From Nemertoderma westbladi (taxonomy: Eukaryota; Animalia; Xenacoelomorpha), in contig JAUCBJ010004577.1 in assembly GCA_032718475.1 (NCBI GenBank), positions 28,211-92,210 of the forward strand: a stretch of DNA of 64,000 nucleotides, written 5' to 3'. Positions within the stretch are counted from its first letter, which is position 1. Each line of letters begins with the position of its first letter. The notes beneath the pieces were generated by a model, which was not told the DNA's origin, did no database searches, and saw only the letters and a list, made by a program, of their open reading frames with translations. Shown piece after piece: positions 13,401 to 24,100 of this stretch. The position numbers and the translations under genes are program-made.

Positions 13401-15443
13401 GAACGGTTGGAACTAAACAAATAAATAAAGTAGGGTTGGAAGTAAACAAGTAAATAAAGTAGGGTTAGAGGTAAACAAGTAAATAAAGTAGTTAGAGGTA
13501 AACAAGTAAATAAAGTAGGGCCAGAAGTATACAAGTAAATAAAGTAGAGTTAGAACTAAACAAGTAAATAAAGTAGGGTTAGAGGAAAACGAGTAAATAA
13601 AGTAGGGTTAGAGGAAAACAAGTAAATAAAGTAGGGCCAGAAGTAAACAAGTAAATAAAGTAGAGTTAGAACTAAACAAGTAAATAAAGTAGGGTTAGAA
13701 GTAAACAAGTAAATAAAGTAGGGTTAGAACTAAACAAGTAAATAAAGTAGGGTTAAAAGTAAACAAGTAAATAAAGTAGGGTTAGAGGTAAACAAGTAAA
13801 TAAAGTAGGGCCAGAAGTAAACAAGTAAATAAAGTAGAGTTAGAACTAAACAAGTAAATAAAGTAGGGTTAGAAGTAAACAAGTAAATAAAGTAGGGCCA
13901 GAAGTAAACAAGTAAATAAAGTAGAGTTAGAACTAAACAAGTAAATAAAGTAGGGTTAGAAGTAAACAAGTAAATAAAGTAGGGTTAAAAGTAAACAAGT
14001 AAATAAAGTAGGGTTAGAAGTAAACAAGTAAATAAAGTAGGGTTAGAGGTAAACAAGTAAATAAAGTAGGGTTAGAGGTAAACAAGTAAATAAAGTAGGG
14101 TTAGTGGTAAACAAGTAAATAAAGAGGGTTAGAGGTAAACAAGTAAATAAAGAGGGTTAGAGGTAAACAAGTAAATAAAGTAGGGTTAGAGGTAAACAAG
14201 TAAATAAAGTAGGGTTAGAGGAAAACGAGTAAATAAAGTAGGGCTAGAAGTAAACAAGTAAATAAAGTAGGGTTAGAGGTAAACAAGTAAATAAAGTAGG
14301 GTTAGTGGTAAACAAGTAAATAAAGAGGGTTAGAGGTAAACAAGTAAATAAAGTAGGGTTAGAGGTAAACAAGTAAATAAAGTAGGGTTAGTGGTAAACA
14401 AGTAAATAAAGAGGGTTAGAGGTAAACAAGTAAATAAAGTAGGGTTAGTGGTAAACAAGTAAATAAAGAGGGTTAGAGGTAAACAAGTAAATAAAGTAGG
14501 GTTAGAGGTAAACAAGTAAATAAAGAGGGTTAGAGGTAAACAAGTAAATAAAGAGGGTTAGAGGTAAACAAGTAAATAAAGTAGGGTTAGAGGTAAACAA
14601 GTAAATAAAGTAGGGTTAGAGTAAAACGAGTAAATAAAGTAGGGCTAGAAGTAAACAAGTAAATAAAGTAGGGTTAGAGGTAAACAAGTAAATAAAGTAG
14701 GGTTAGAGGTAAACAAGTAAATAAAGTAGGGTTAGAGGAAAACGAGTACATAAAGTAGGGTTAGAGGTAAACAAGTAAATAAAGTAGGGCTAGAAGTAAA
14801 CAAGTAAATAAAGTAGGGCTAGAAGTAAACAAGTAAATAAAGTAGGGTTAGAGGTAAACAAGTAAATAAAGTAGGGTTAGTGGTAAACAAGTAAATAAAG
14901 AGGGTTAGAGGTAAACAAGTAAATAAAGTAGGGTTAGAGGTAAACAAGTAAATAAAGAGGGTTAGAGGTAAACAAGTAAATAAAGTAGGGTTAGAGGAAA
15001 ACGAGTAAATAAAGTAGGGTTAGAGGTAAACAAGTAAATAAAGTAGGGCTAGAAGTAAACAAGTAAATAAAGTAGGGCTAGAAGTAAACAAGTAAATAAA
15101 GTAGGGTTAGAGGTAAACAAGTAAATAAAGTAGGGTTAGAGGTAAACAAGTAAATAAAGTAGGGTTAGAGGAAAACGAGTACATAAAGTAGGGTTAGAAC
15201 TAAACAAATAAATAAAGTAGGGCCAGAAGTAAACAAGTAAATAAAGTAGGGTTAGAGGTAAACAAGTAAATAAAGTAGGGTTAGAGGAAAACAAGTAAAT
15301 AAAGTAGGGTTAAAAGTAAACAAGGAAATAAAGTAGGGCAAGAGGTAAACAAGTAGATAAAGTAGGGCAAGAGGTAAACAAGTAAATAAAGTAGGGTTAG
15401 AGGTAAACAAGTAAATAAAGTAGGGTTAGAGGTAAACAAGTAA
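1488..15443. repeat. Satellite 1: 29-bp tandem repeat AAACAAGTAAATAAAGTAGGGTTAGAGGT, ~480 copies (~14 kb), intronic
   Basis: Continuous tandem array seen directly. Variants are concentrated in the TTAGAGGT/TTAGAACT/TTAAAAGT/TTGGAAGT segment. Confidence 0.98.
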
Positions 15444-15497
15444 GGTTCGACTTAGAAGTAAACTAATGAAATAAAAACTCTCTATACAATAACTCAC

Positions 15498-16284
15498 CGA
15501 TTCCACCTTTCCCCTTCTTCTTTTTTTCCTTTGATTTACCGCCGCTACTCGGCGTTGCTTTCTTTCCCTGTGTTGGCGTTGCTGTTGTATCCACCTTTTT
15601 TCCCGGCGTTTTTCCCGTAACGACATCCTTAGCTGGTTTCGTGGTCGACGATTTTCCCGAAGATTTCTTCCCGGTCTCTCCCCACTGCACTGACGGATTA
15701 TCCACGACCATCTGTTTCGCGTTGCGTTGCTGTTTAAAGCCGATTTCGCCAACGGCATTCTGACCCTCGGGTCCCGTATTACTCACTAAATCCCCGTTTC
15801 GGGCTTCGTATTTAGTCGCGCCTTCTACCGGGTTGTTCTTCTTATCCTTCAGCGTTGGCGTCGGCAATAAACAATTCGTTTTATTCAAAGAAATTAATGT
15901 TTTTCTCGTATCTGCTTTGCTTGTTGTGTTGGTAACAGTTCCGGGACTTTTATTTTCGACTATTTTGGGATTTTTCTTGGCTTTGTGTTGTTGGGGTTGA
16001 GGTGGGTTTATGGGTTTAGGATTTACAGGAACTGGGGTAGGAGTGTCAACGACAATCTCGCGACTGTCGCTCGCTGCTCGGGATGTTTTATGTCGGTCCT
16101 TCTTGCCAGATTTGCCGACGGGTTGTGCGACCGATGGCTGATCTCGAGTTTTACTTCCGACCCTGGAAGATTCCGACTTAGTTGAATTTTCTAGTGACGG
16201 CGGTTTCGTTTTTCGATGTGTTTCTGGCGAAATTGCGGGAACATTTGAAGGAGCATCAATCTCGCAAGTACCATTGGTTAAGGT
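15498..16284 (-). CDS. FAM193A: FAM193-like gene, internal exon (787 bp, phase 0 to 1); Lys/Thr/Pro-rich region ending GKSKEKKKKGKGGI, just before the expected FAM193_C domain
   Basis: Acceptor ttttatag|ACC at 16284, donor ATCG|gtgagt at 15498. The frame is open across the whole exon (TLTNGTCEIDAPS...). The poly-Lys end resembles the segment preceding 'DDVFLPKD' in FAM193A/B. Confidence 0.75.
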
Positions 16285-16795
16285 CTATAAAACGATATTA
16301 AACTGTTTGTTTATAATTTAGTAATTAATTATTATAATACTTGGTTTCGTCTTAGTACTGGCTTTTTCTGTTTATAGTTTGTTTATAAGGGGTTACGACA
16401 CTATTATATAATTTCAGGTCATTGTTCATAAAATAACACTATATATCGCGTTACGACACGAGATGCATGATGTTGCGACATAGCAAAACTGCGCCGAATC
16501 TAATTATATTTATTTGTGTGGAATTATATTTGTAATTATACACTCATTTAAACTTTCTAGAACAAACAACCCTTTAACACAGCAGAAGCAATAATTATCA
16601 ATGTACCAGAGTTGGGTGGTGGATAATACGCTGGACTGAGGATGGAAGGGTCATTGGTTCGAATCGAATCACAGTGATTTAGTTATTTTGATTTAATGTG
16701 AGTTCAAATGCACCATGTCCTGTAACATTGTGTCATTATTCAGCGAGATTAACTCCACATAAAAATAAATAAATAATAACATAAGAATCACTAAC

Positions 16796-16935
16796 CTTAA
16801 CAGAGTCTTTTTTCAATTTTGATTTCTCTTTTTTCTTTTCCTTTTTCGCGATTTTTTTCCGCTCTTTTGTTCCGTCGCCTTCGTTTATCCAACTAAGTAG
16901 TTCATCAACATTCCTGGCATCGTTATTATCCAAAC
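16796..16935 (-). CDS. FAM193A: FAM193-like exon (140 bp, phase 1 to 0): LDNNDARNVDELLSWINEGDGTKERKKIAKKEKKK
   Basis: Acceptor ttttcag|GT, donor AAG|gttagt. Resembles the FAM193 motif D.R.V..LL.FIN...AAKRARHK. Confidence 0.8.
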
Positions 16936-17125
16936 CTGAAAACCGTCGGGTTTAATGAATTATGTGTTGGTGTCAAATGTGTTACGACAAAAGATACACC
17001 CAAACTGGGATAGATCAGATACGAGGTTTTATTTTACGACACGAGAACAAATAGTTCGAAATCAGCATATTTTCGGTCGGCATATATCTACACAAACAGA
17101 TTATCATTCAGAATATTTCACCCAC

Positions 17126-17200
17126 CTTTAACTGTTGTAGTTGCCCCGTCTTTGGGCGCAGACCACGTGTTAATTTGCGACAATGGCGGTGTGCTAGTAC
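17126..17200 (-). CDS. FAM193A: FAM193-like small exon (75 bp, phase 1 to 1): TSTPPLSQINTWSAPKDGATTTVK
   Basis: Acceptor attacag|GT, donor AAAG|gtgggt. Open frame, with phases matching both neighbouring exons. Confidence 0.7.
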
Positions 17201-17215
17201 CTGTAATATAGACGG

Positions 17216-17810
17216 TAGATTAGATAGTTAGATTGATTAGATAGTTAGATTGATTAGATAGTTAGACTGATTAGATAGTTAGATTGATTAGATAGTTAGA
17301 TTGATTAGATAGTTAGATTGATTAGATAGTTAGATTGATTATATAGTTAGATTGATTAGATAGTTAGATTGATTAGATAGTTAGATTGAGTATATAGTTA
17401 GTTTGATTAGATAGTTAGATTGATTAGATAGTTAGATTGATTAGATAGTTAGATTGATTATATAGTTAGATTGATTAGATAGTTAGATTGATTAGATAGT
17501 TAGATTGAGTATATAGTTAGTTTGATTAGATAGTTAGACTGATTAGATAGTTAGATTGATTAGATAGTTAGATTGATTAGATAGTTAGATTGATTAGATA
17601 GTTAGATTGATTAGATAGTTAGATTGAGTATATAGTTAGTTTGATTAGATAGTTAGATTGATTAGATAGTTAGATTGATTAGATAGTTAGATTGATTAGA
17701 TAGTTAGATTGATTAGATAGTTAGATTGATTAGATAGTTAGATTGATTAGATAGTTAGATTGATTAGATAGTTAGATTGATTAGATAGTTAGATTGAGTA
17801 TATAGTTAGT
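17216..17810. repeat. 17-bp minisatellite TAGATAGTTAGATTGAT, ~35 copies, intronic
   Basis: Direct tandem array abutting the acceptor of exon 17126-17200. Confidence 0.95.
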
Positions 17811-18135
17811 TTATTGAAATAATATATAATATATAATTTCTTGTAAATTTGGTTTCAACATTATTATAATAATTCTGACAATTTTCGCCCATTGTGACTG
17901 GCTGTATGGTATGGGTAGTGGGTGACCACCTAATTTTTGCGGTTTAGTCAAAATTGGGAAAGTGATTGTTTAACAATCAAAACTATTGGTTTTTGTTAAA
18001 GAAGTTTTTAATTTAATAATCTAATGAAATGTTTAGCAATTAACATTTGAGAAGGAGGAATGTTTATAATGCTGCTTAAATGGTATTAAAATGGTAAATA
18101 AAATAAAAAGAAAGACTAAAAATCATCTAACTAAC

Positions 18136-18606
18136 CTGCGCAATGGCTGATATTGGAATGAGCGTTGTTACTAAGGATACAAGGTGTGCCAGTACCCCCA
18201 CCTCCACCAACAACCTCTATACAACCCGCGGAACCACCGTTACCAACCGCAACCGCATCCGGTTGCTTCTTCTGTTTCAACTTCTTCCGTAGTCGCTCCT
18301 TAATCTCGGCGCAGTTCCGCCCCGCGGGGGACTGACTGTTCTGCGAGTGCGCGAAGATCTCGCAGTAGTAGCAGCTGCAGGGCTTCCCGTTGTCTCGTCG
18401 CCACGAGTCGTTGGTAGACTCGCTGTTCGTCTCGCTACTCTCCTCCTCGGAAACCTCGACGGATCCGTCGTCGCTCGATTCGGTCGGAGCCGGAACGCCG
18501 CCCGCCGCTACCCGACATAAACCCCGCGATTTCAGCAGCTCATCCGCGTTGGGGTGACTCAGAAGTTCAGCCACTATCTGTTGGGTTTTATTCATCAACT
18601 GATCTT
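18136..18606 (-). CDS. FAM193A: FAM193-like exon (471 bp, phase 1 to 1) with acidic/Ser tract and CSCYYCEIFAH...GRNCAEIKERLRKKLKQKK
   Basis: Acceptor ttttgcag|AA, donor GCAG|gttagt. Matches the recalled FAM193A/B signature CDCCYCEFFGH...SRNY.E.REKLR.RL. Confidence 0.85.
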
Positions 18607-18661
18607 CTGCAAAAGCAATAATATTATTAATTTATAAATTGTTAATATTGAATGGGAGAAT

Positions 18662-18908
18662 CTTTTAGGCTCGTTAAGCCAAGGAATGCCTGTTCACCAC
18701 CATGGGTGATCTTCCACAGTAAACCCTTCCACTCTGTTTCCCAAGTTGCCTTGGCTCCCATTTATCGACCACTGAAGGATGAAAGCCGGGGTTGGGCTAG
18801 GCTGCAGCATTTAAAGCACTGTGCCCAAACAGTGCTGCCCCATCTAGGGATCGAACCAGGGCTCCCTAATCGGAAGCCCAGTAATGTCACCACTAGACCA
18901 AGCTGCTG
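18662..18908 (-). mobile_element. tRNA-derived SINE (family A)
   Basis: Minus strand has A box TGGTCTAGTGG (~18890-18900) and B box GGTTCGATCC (~18848-18857), followed by a non-tRNA body. A partial body copy recurs at ~19225-19300. Confidence 0.7.
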
Positions 18909-18984
18909 CAAATTGTTTATATTACTATAACAATAATCTTATTTTTAAAATTACATTAAAACCACATAAATAATGAAAAAAGAT

Positions 18985-19135
18985 AATTCGGCTGTTAGGA
19001 CGAGGATTAAGGACAAAGACGGACGACCTATCTCCCCCCCCCCCGGTTATACTCCGGTACTCATTTAGTGACCATTTAAGGATTCAAGGAAGATGTCTGG
19101 CTAGTCCCTTTCGGGGCTTTGACCCACAACCCCCG
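18985..19135 (-). mobile_element. Degenerate SINE body (family B, related to 55210-55465)
   Basis: Shares CAAAGAC.GACGAC and GTACTCATTTAG...TTAAGGAT segments with the SINE at 55210-55465. Confidence 0.55.
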
Positions 19136-19518
19136 GACACACAGATGCGAATTTAAGGCGACCAATTAAACCAATAATGTTAGACTCGCACAGTTCCACT
19201 AATAAGCTAGGGAGACCGCCATGAGTATGGGTGATCTTCCTCAGCAAACACAGGCATTATGTTTCCCAAGTTACAGTAGATTGGTTCCCATCGACCAGTC
19301 AAGGACTTACTCCTGAGTTGTGACTAACTTGCATTGGGTTGTTTTGGGTTTTTGACTTCGGTTTTGGGTTATTGGTTTGTTGAAGTGGAATTGGGGGGAT
19401 CATGTAGTGATTCATAGCCTTGCGTAATGTAAACCAATGGGTACGAATTATTATCTCAAGAAACACACTGTTACACATTTCTACAGTAGAAGTGATTCGG
19501 ATATAATGCAATACTTAC

Positions 19519-19675
19519 TGCTTTCGGTGGCCTTCTTGGCGCCACTGCGTTGGTGAGCGCAACCAGTAGTGGTAGCACAACAATCAGTGGCGACAGGACA
19601 CCCGACAACCTGCTTACTAACCACGCCACAACTCGTCGGTGTTTTACCCGCCCCGTGTTGTTTATTGGTAGATGT
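19519..19675 (-). CDS. FAM193A: FAM193-like exon (157 bp, phase 0 to 1): TSTNKQHGAGKTPTSCGVVSKQVVGCPVATDCCATTTGCAHQRSGAKKATES
   Basis: Acceptor tgttccag|ACA, donor AGCA|gtaagt. Phase joins the next exon in frame (A+AA = Lys). Confidence 0.7.
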
Positions 19676-20859
19676 CTGGAACATAAATGAAAATTAGGTT
19701 ATATAAATAAAAACAAAATATCAACTGAAATACAGATGATAAAATTAAACAGTTAATATCCAATTCATAACGCACCTCAACTATAAGTACATAAATTATT
19801 CGATAAAAAGGTATCGGAAACAATCATATCTTATGGGGGGAGCCAAAATTGTGAGCTATCTGTGAATGGTTATAAATTATAAATCCTGTATGTTGTGTGT
19901 GGGTGGGGTCTGAAGCCAATCAACCTTTTTTTTTTAGAAGAATAATGGTTTTTTCCTGCCAAAAACCTCGAGATGTTAATTTGCTGAGCGAAAGCTGCGA
20001 TCAAGGTCGATTAACTATACATCAAGGAGTTATATACGTAATTTTTTTCCACAAAATTTCCTTTTCACCTCCCCTTATTTGCACTTTTGTAGTTCTAAAA
20101 CCGCCACATACTTTCGTCACACCCAGTACTGAGTTGGCAGATCCATCCCAATAAATTTATCAACCGATGGTTGTTCCCGGCGTGGCCTATAATAATAGGC
20201 CTACTTAAATTAAAACTGCAGCACAGCGGAAATGAAACGGATTGCTGACTGCAGAATGCTGTTACAAACAACGTCAAGGTCCATATAAATGTTTTGTTTA
20301 CTCATAATATATCCCATTTGGCAAGACTAATGCCCACAAAGATTGCACCACAAGAAATTATAACAGCAGCTAAAGTTAAGCTAAATATTTAGCAATAAGA
20401 GGTCATAACGAAAAGGGTGGCAACAAAAATGGGAATGAAAAGGTAAAAGTACACTAAGCCCATTGAGGATCTTTGGTGGATCCTTGAAGAAATGCATAGA
20501 AGGAAAGACAGCCTATCGATCCATCATCTTTGTATATTTCTGTAGGTCTTCGATTATGTCTCTTAAAATACGACTTATATACAGTAAGTAAAATGTTGTA
20601 GTACTTAAAAATTTGATGTTATTCGCTGTTTTCAGATCAAGGAGACCAAAGGGCGATATCAGTGGCGGACGATTTGATAGCCTTAGTAACTAAACGAACA
20701 GATGCTCTAGTATTCGTATGTATCCTAACGGTTTGGTTAGATTCCAGCTTCATCTATCCTAGCCTATTCTCCGTCTTCACGAACTCTAACACAAGACAAA
20801 CAGGAGTTCTAGAAACATCGATTATATTCGCAAGCGGACCCCACATAGAAACCACAAGT

Positions 20860-21180
20860 TTTCTTACATAAGATTTCTTCAAGACCTTCGATTTCGTCTC
20901 TCGACAGCGCATAATGTTTACGATTGTTGATGCCTATTGGATATGATGAGATATTGCTGCAATCAAATCACAGTGATGATTCACCAACACTTATCTCTAT
21001 AACAGATAAATAGAGTCGCATATGAAGTGTCATGTGGTGTCGTCCAAGGTGAGAGTAACACGCTTGCGTCTTACCTTGCGGTGGACTTTATGCTGCGAAT
21101 GTCTCTCAACCAACATAATATAAATGGGGTAGAAATACAGCTAGCAGTGATAGTAGAAGTAAGCGAAAACCAGCAACACA
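20860..21180 (+). mobile_element. Degraded RTE-clade LINE reverse-transcriptase fragment (domains 3-4) running into satellite 2
   Basis: DFFKTFDFVSRQRI at 20872 (cf. DFKKAFDSI), then SCGVVQGESNTLASYLAVDFMLR...NGVEIQ, then SRSKRKPATH at 21152. Confidence 0.65.
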
Positions 21181-24100
21181 CTAGTAGAAGTAGACGAAAA
21201 CCAGAAATACACTAGTAGAAGTAGTCGAAAACCAACAATACACTAGTAGAAGTAGACGAAAAGCAACAATACACTAGTAGAAGTAGACGAAAACCAACAA
21301 TACACTAGTAGAAGTAAACGAAAATCAGCAATACACTAGTAGAAGTAGACGAAAACCAACAATACACTAGTCGAAGTAGACGAAAACCAACAATACACTA
21401 GTAGAAGTAGACGAAAACCAACAATACACTAGTAGAAGTAGACGAAAACCAACAATACACTAGTCGAAGTAGACGAAAACCAACAATACACTAGTAGAAG
21501 TAGACAAAAACCAACAATACACAAGTAGAAGTAGACGAAAACCAACAATATACTAGTAGAAGAAGACGAAAACCAACAATATACTAGTAGAAGAAGACGA
21601 AAACCAACAATACACTAGAAGAAGTAGATAAAAACCAACAATACACTAGAAGAAGTAGATAAAAACCAACAATACACTAGTAGAAGAAGACGAAAACCAA
21701 CAATACACTAGTAGAAGTAGACGAAAACCAACAATACACTAGTAGAAGTAGACGAAAACCAACAATATACTAGTAGAAGTAGACGAAAACCAACAATACA
21801 CTAGTAGAAGTAGACGAAAACCAACAATACACTAGTAGAAGTAGACGAAAACCAACAATACACTAGTAGAAGTAGACGAAAACCAACAATATACTAGTAG
21901 AAGTAGACGAAAACCAACAATACACTAGAAGAAGTAGATAAAAACCAACAATACACTAGAAGAAGTAGATAAAAACCAACAATACACTAGTAGAAGAAGA
22001 CGAAAACCAACAATACACTAGTAGAAGTAGATAAAAACCAACAATACACTAGAAGAAGTAGATAAAAACCAACAATACACTAGAAGAAGTAGATGAAAAC
22101 CAACAATACACTAGAAGAAGTAGATAAAAACCAACAATACACTAGTAGAAGAAGACGAAAACCAACAATACACTAGTAGAAGTAGACGAAAACCAACAAT
22201 ACACTAGAAGAAGTAGATAAAAACCAACAATACACTAGTAGAAGAAGACGAAAACCAACAATACACTAGTAGAAGTAGACGAAAACCAACAATACACTAG
22301 TAGAAGTAGACGAAAACCAACAATACACTAGAAGAAGTAGATAAAAACCAACAATACACTAGTAGAAGAAGACGAAAACCAACAATACACTAGTAGAAGT
22401 AGACGAAAACCAACAATACACTAGAAGAAGTAGATAAAAACCAACAATACACTAGAAGAAGTAGATAAAAACCAACAATACACTAGTAGAAGAAGACGAA
22501 AACCAACAATACACTAGTAGAAGTAGATAAAAACCAACAATACACTAGTAGAAGTAGACGAAAACCAACAATACACTAGAAGAAGTAGATAAAAACCAAC
22601 AATACACTAGAAGAAGTAGATAAAAACCAACAATACACTAGTAGAAGAAGACGAAAACCAACAATACACTAGTAGAAGTAGATAAAAACCAACAATACAC
22701 TAGAAGAAGTAGACGAAAACCAACAATACACTAGAAGAAGTAGATAAAAACCAACAATACACTAGTAGAAGAAGACGAAAACCAACAATACACTAGTAGA
22801 AGTAGATAAAAACCAACAATACACTAGAAGAAGTAGATAAAAACCAACAATACACTAGAAGAAGTAGATAAAAACCAACAATACACTAGTAGAAGAAGAC
22901 GAAAACCAACAATACACTAGTAGAAGTAGACGAAAACCAACAATACACTAGTAGAAGTAGACGAAAACCAACAATACACTAGTAGAAGTAGACGAAAACC
23001 AACAATATACTAGTAGAAGAAGACGAAAACCAACAATACACTAGAAGAAGTAGATAAAAACCAACAATACACTAGAAGAAGTAGATAAAAACCAACAATA
23101 CACTAGTAGAAGAAGACGAAAACCAACAATACACTAGTAGAAGTATACGAAAACCAACAATACACTAGTAGAAGTAGACGAAAACCAACAATATACTAGT
23201 AGAAGTAGATAAAAACCAACAATACACTAGTAGAAGAAGACGAAAACCAACAATACACTAGTAGAAGTATACGAAAACCAACAATACACTAGTAGAAGTA
23301 GACGAAAACCAACAATATACTAGTAGAAGTAGATAAAAACCAACAATACACTAGTAGAAGAAGACGAAAACCAACAATACACTAGTAGAAGAAGACGAAA
23401 ACCAACAATACACTAGAAGAAGTAGACGAAAACCAACAATACACTAGTAGAAGAAGACGAAAACCAACAATACACTAGAAGAAGTAGATAAAAACCAACA
23501 ATACACTAGTAGAAGAAGACGAAAACCAACAATACACTAGTAGAAGTAGACGAAAACCAACAATACACTAGTAGAAGTAGACGAAAACCAACAATATACT
23601 AGTAGAAGTAGACGAAAACCAACAATACACTAGTAGAAGAAGACGAAAACCAACAATACACTAGTAGAAGTAGACGAAAACCAACAATACACTAGTAGAA
23701 GTAGACGAAAACCAACAATACACTAGTAGAAGAAGACGAAAACCAACAATACACTAGTAGAAGTAGACGAAAACCAACAATACACTAGTAGAAGTATACG
23801 AAAACCAACAATACACTAGTAGAAGTAGACGAAAACCAACAATATACTAGTAGAAGAAGACGAAAACCAACAATACACTAGAAGAAGTAGATAAAAACCA
23901 ACAATACACTAGAAGAAGTAGATAAAAACCAACAATACACTAGTAGAAGAAGACGAAAACCAACAATACACTAGTAGAAGTAGACGAAAACCAACAATAC
24001 ACTAGTAGAAGTAGACGAAAACCAACAATACACTAGTAGAAGTAGACGAAAACCAACAATACACTAGTAGAAGTAGACGAAAACCAACAATACACTAGTA

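Noticed and set aside
2541-14515. Many hydrophobic minus-strand ORFs (MFTSNPTLFTCL...)
   Set aside because: They are translations of the 29-bp satellite; the periodic peptides come from chance loss of stops, with no splice or codon evidence.
1488-15443. True telomere, or U12 (AT-AC) acceptor array
   Set aside because: There is no contiguous (TTAGGG)n. CCTCTAAC is a poor match to TTCCTTAAC and the upstream donor is a U2-type GTGAGT.
15426-15758. Alternative-frame Arg/Gln-rich ORF overlapping the FAM193-like exon
   Set aside because: It lacks its own splice signals or ATG and is explained as an off-frame reading of an A-rich exon.
18840-18908. tRNA genes at 18840-18908, 55400-55465 and 16610-16675
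   Set aside because: A/B boxes are present but I could not build a full cloverleaf. The first two continue into repeated SINE bodies; the third is too degenerate to call.
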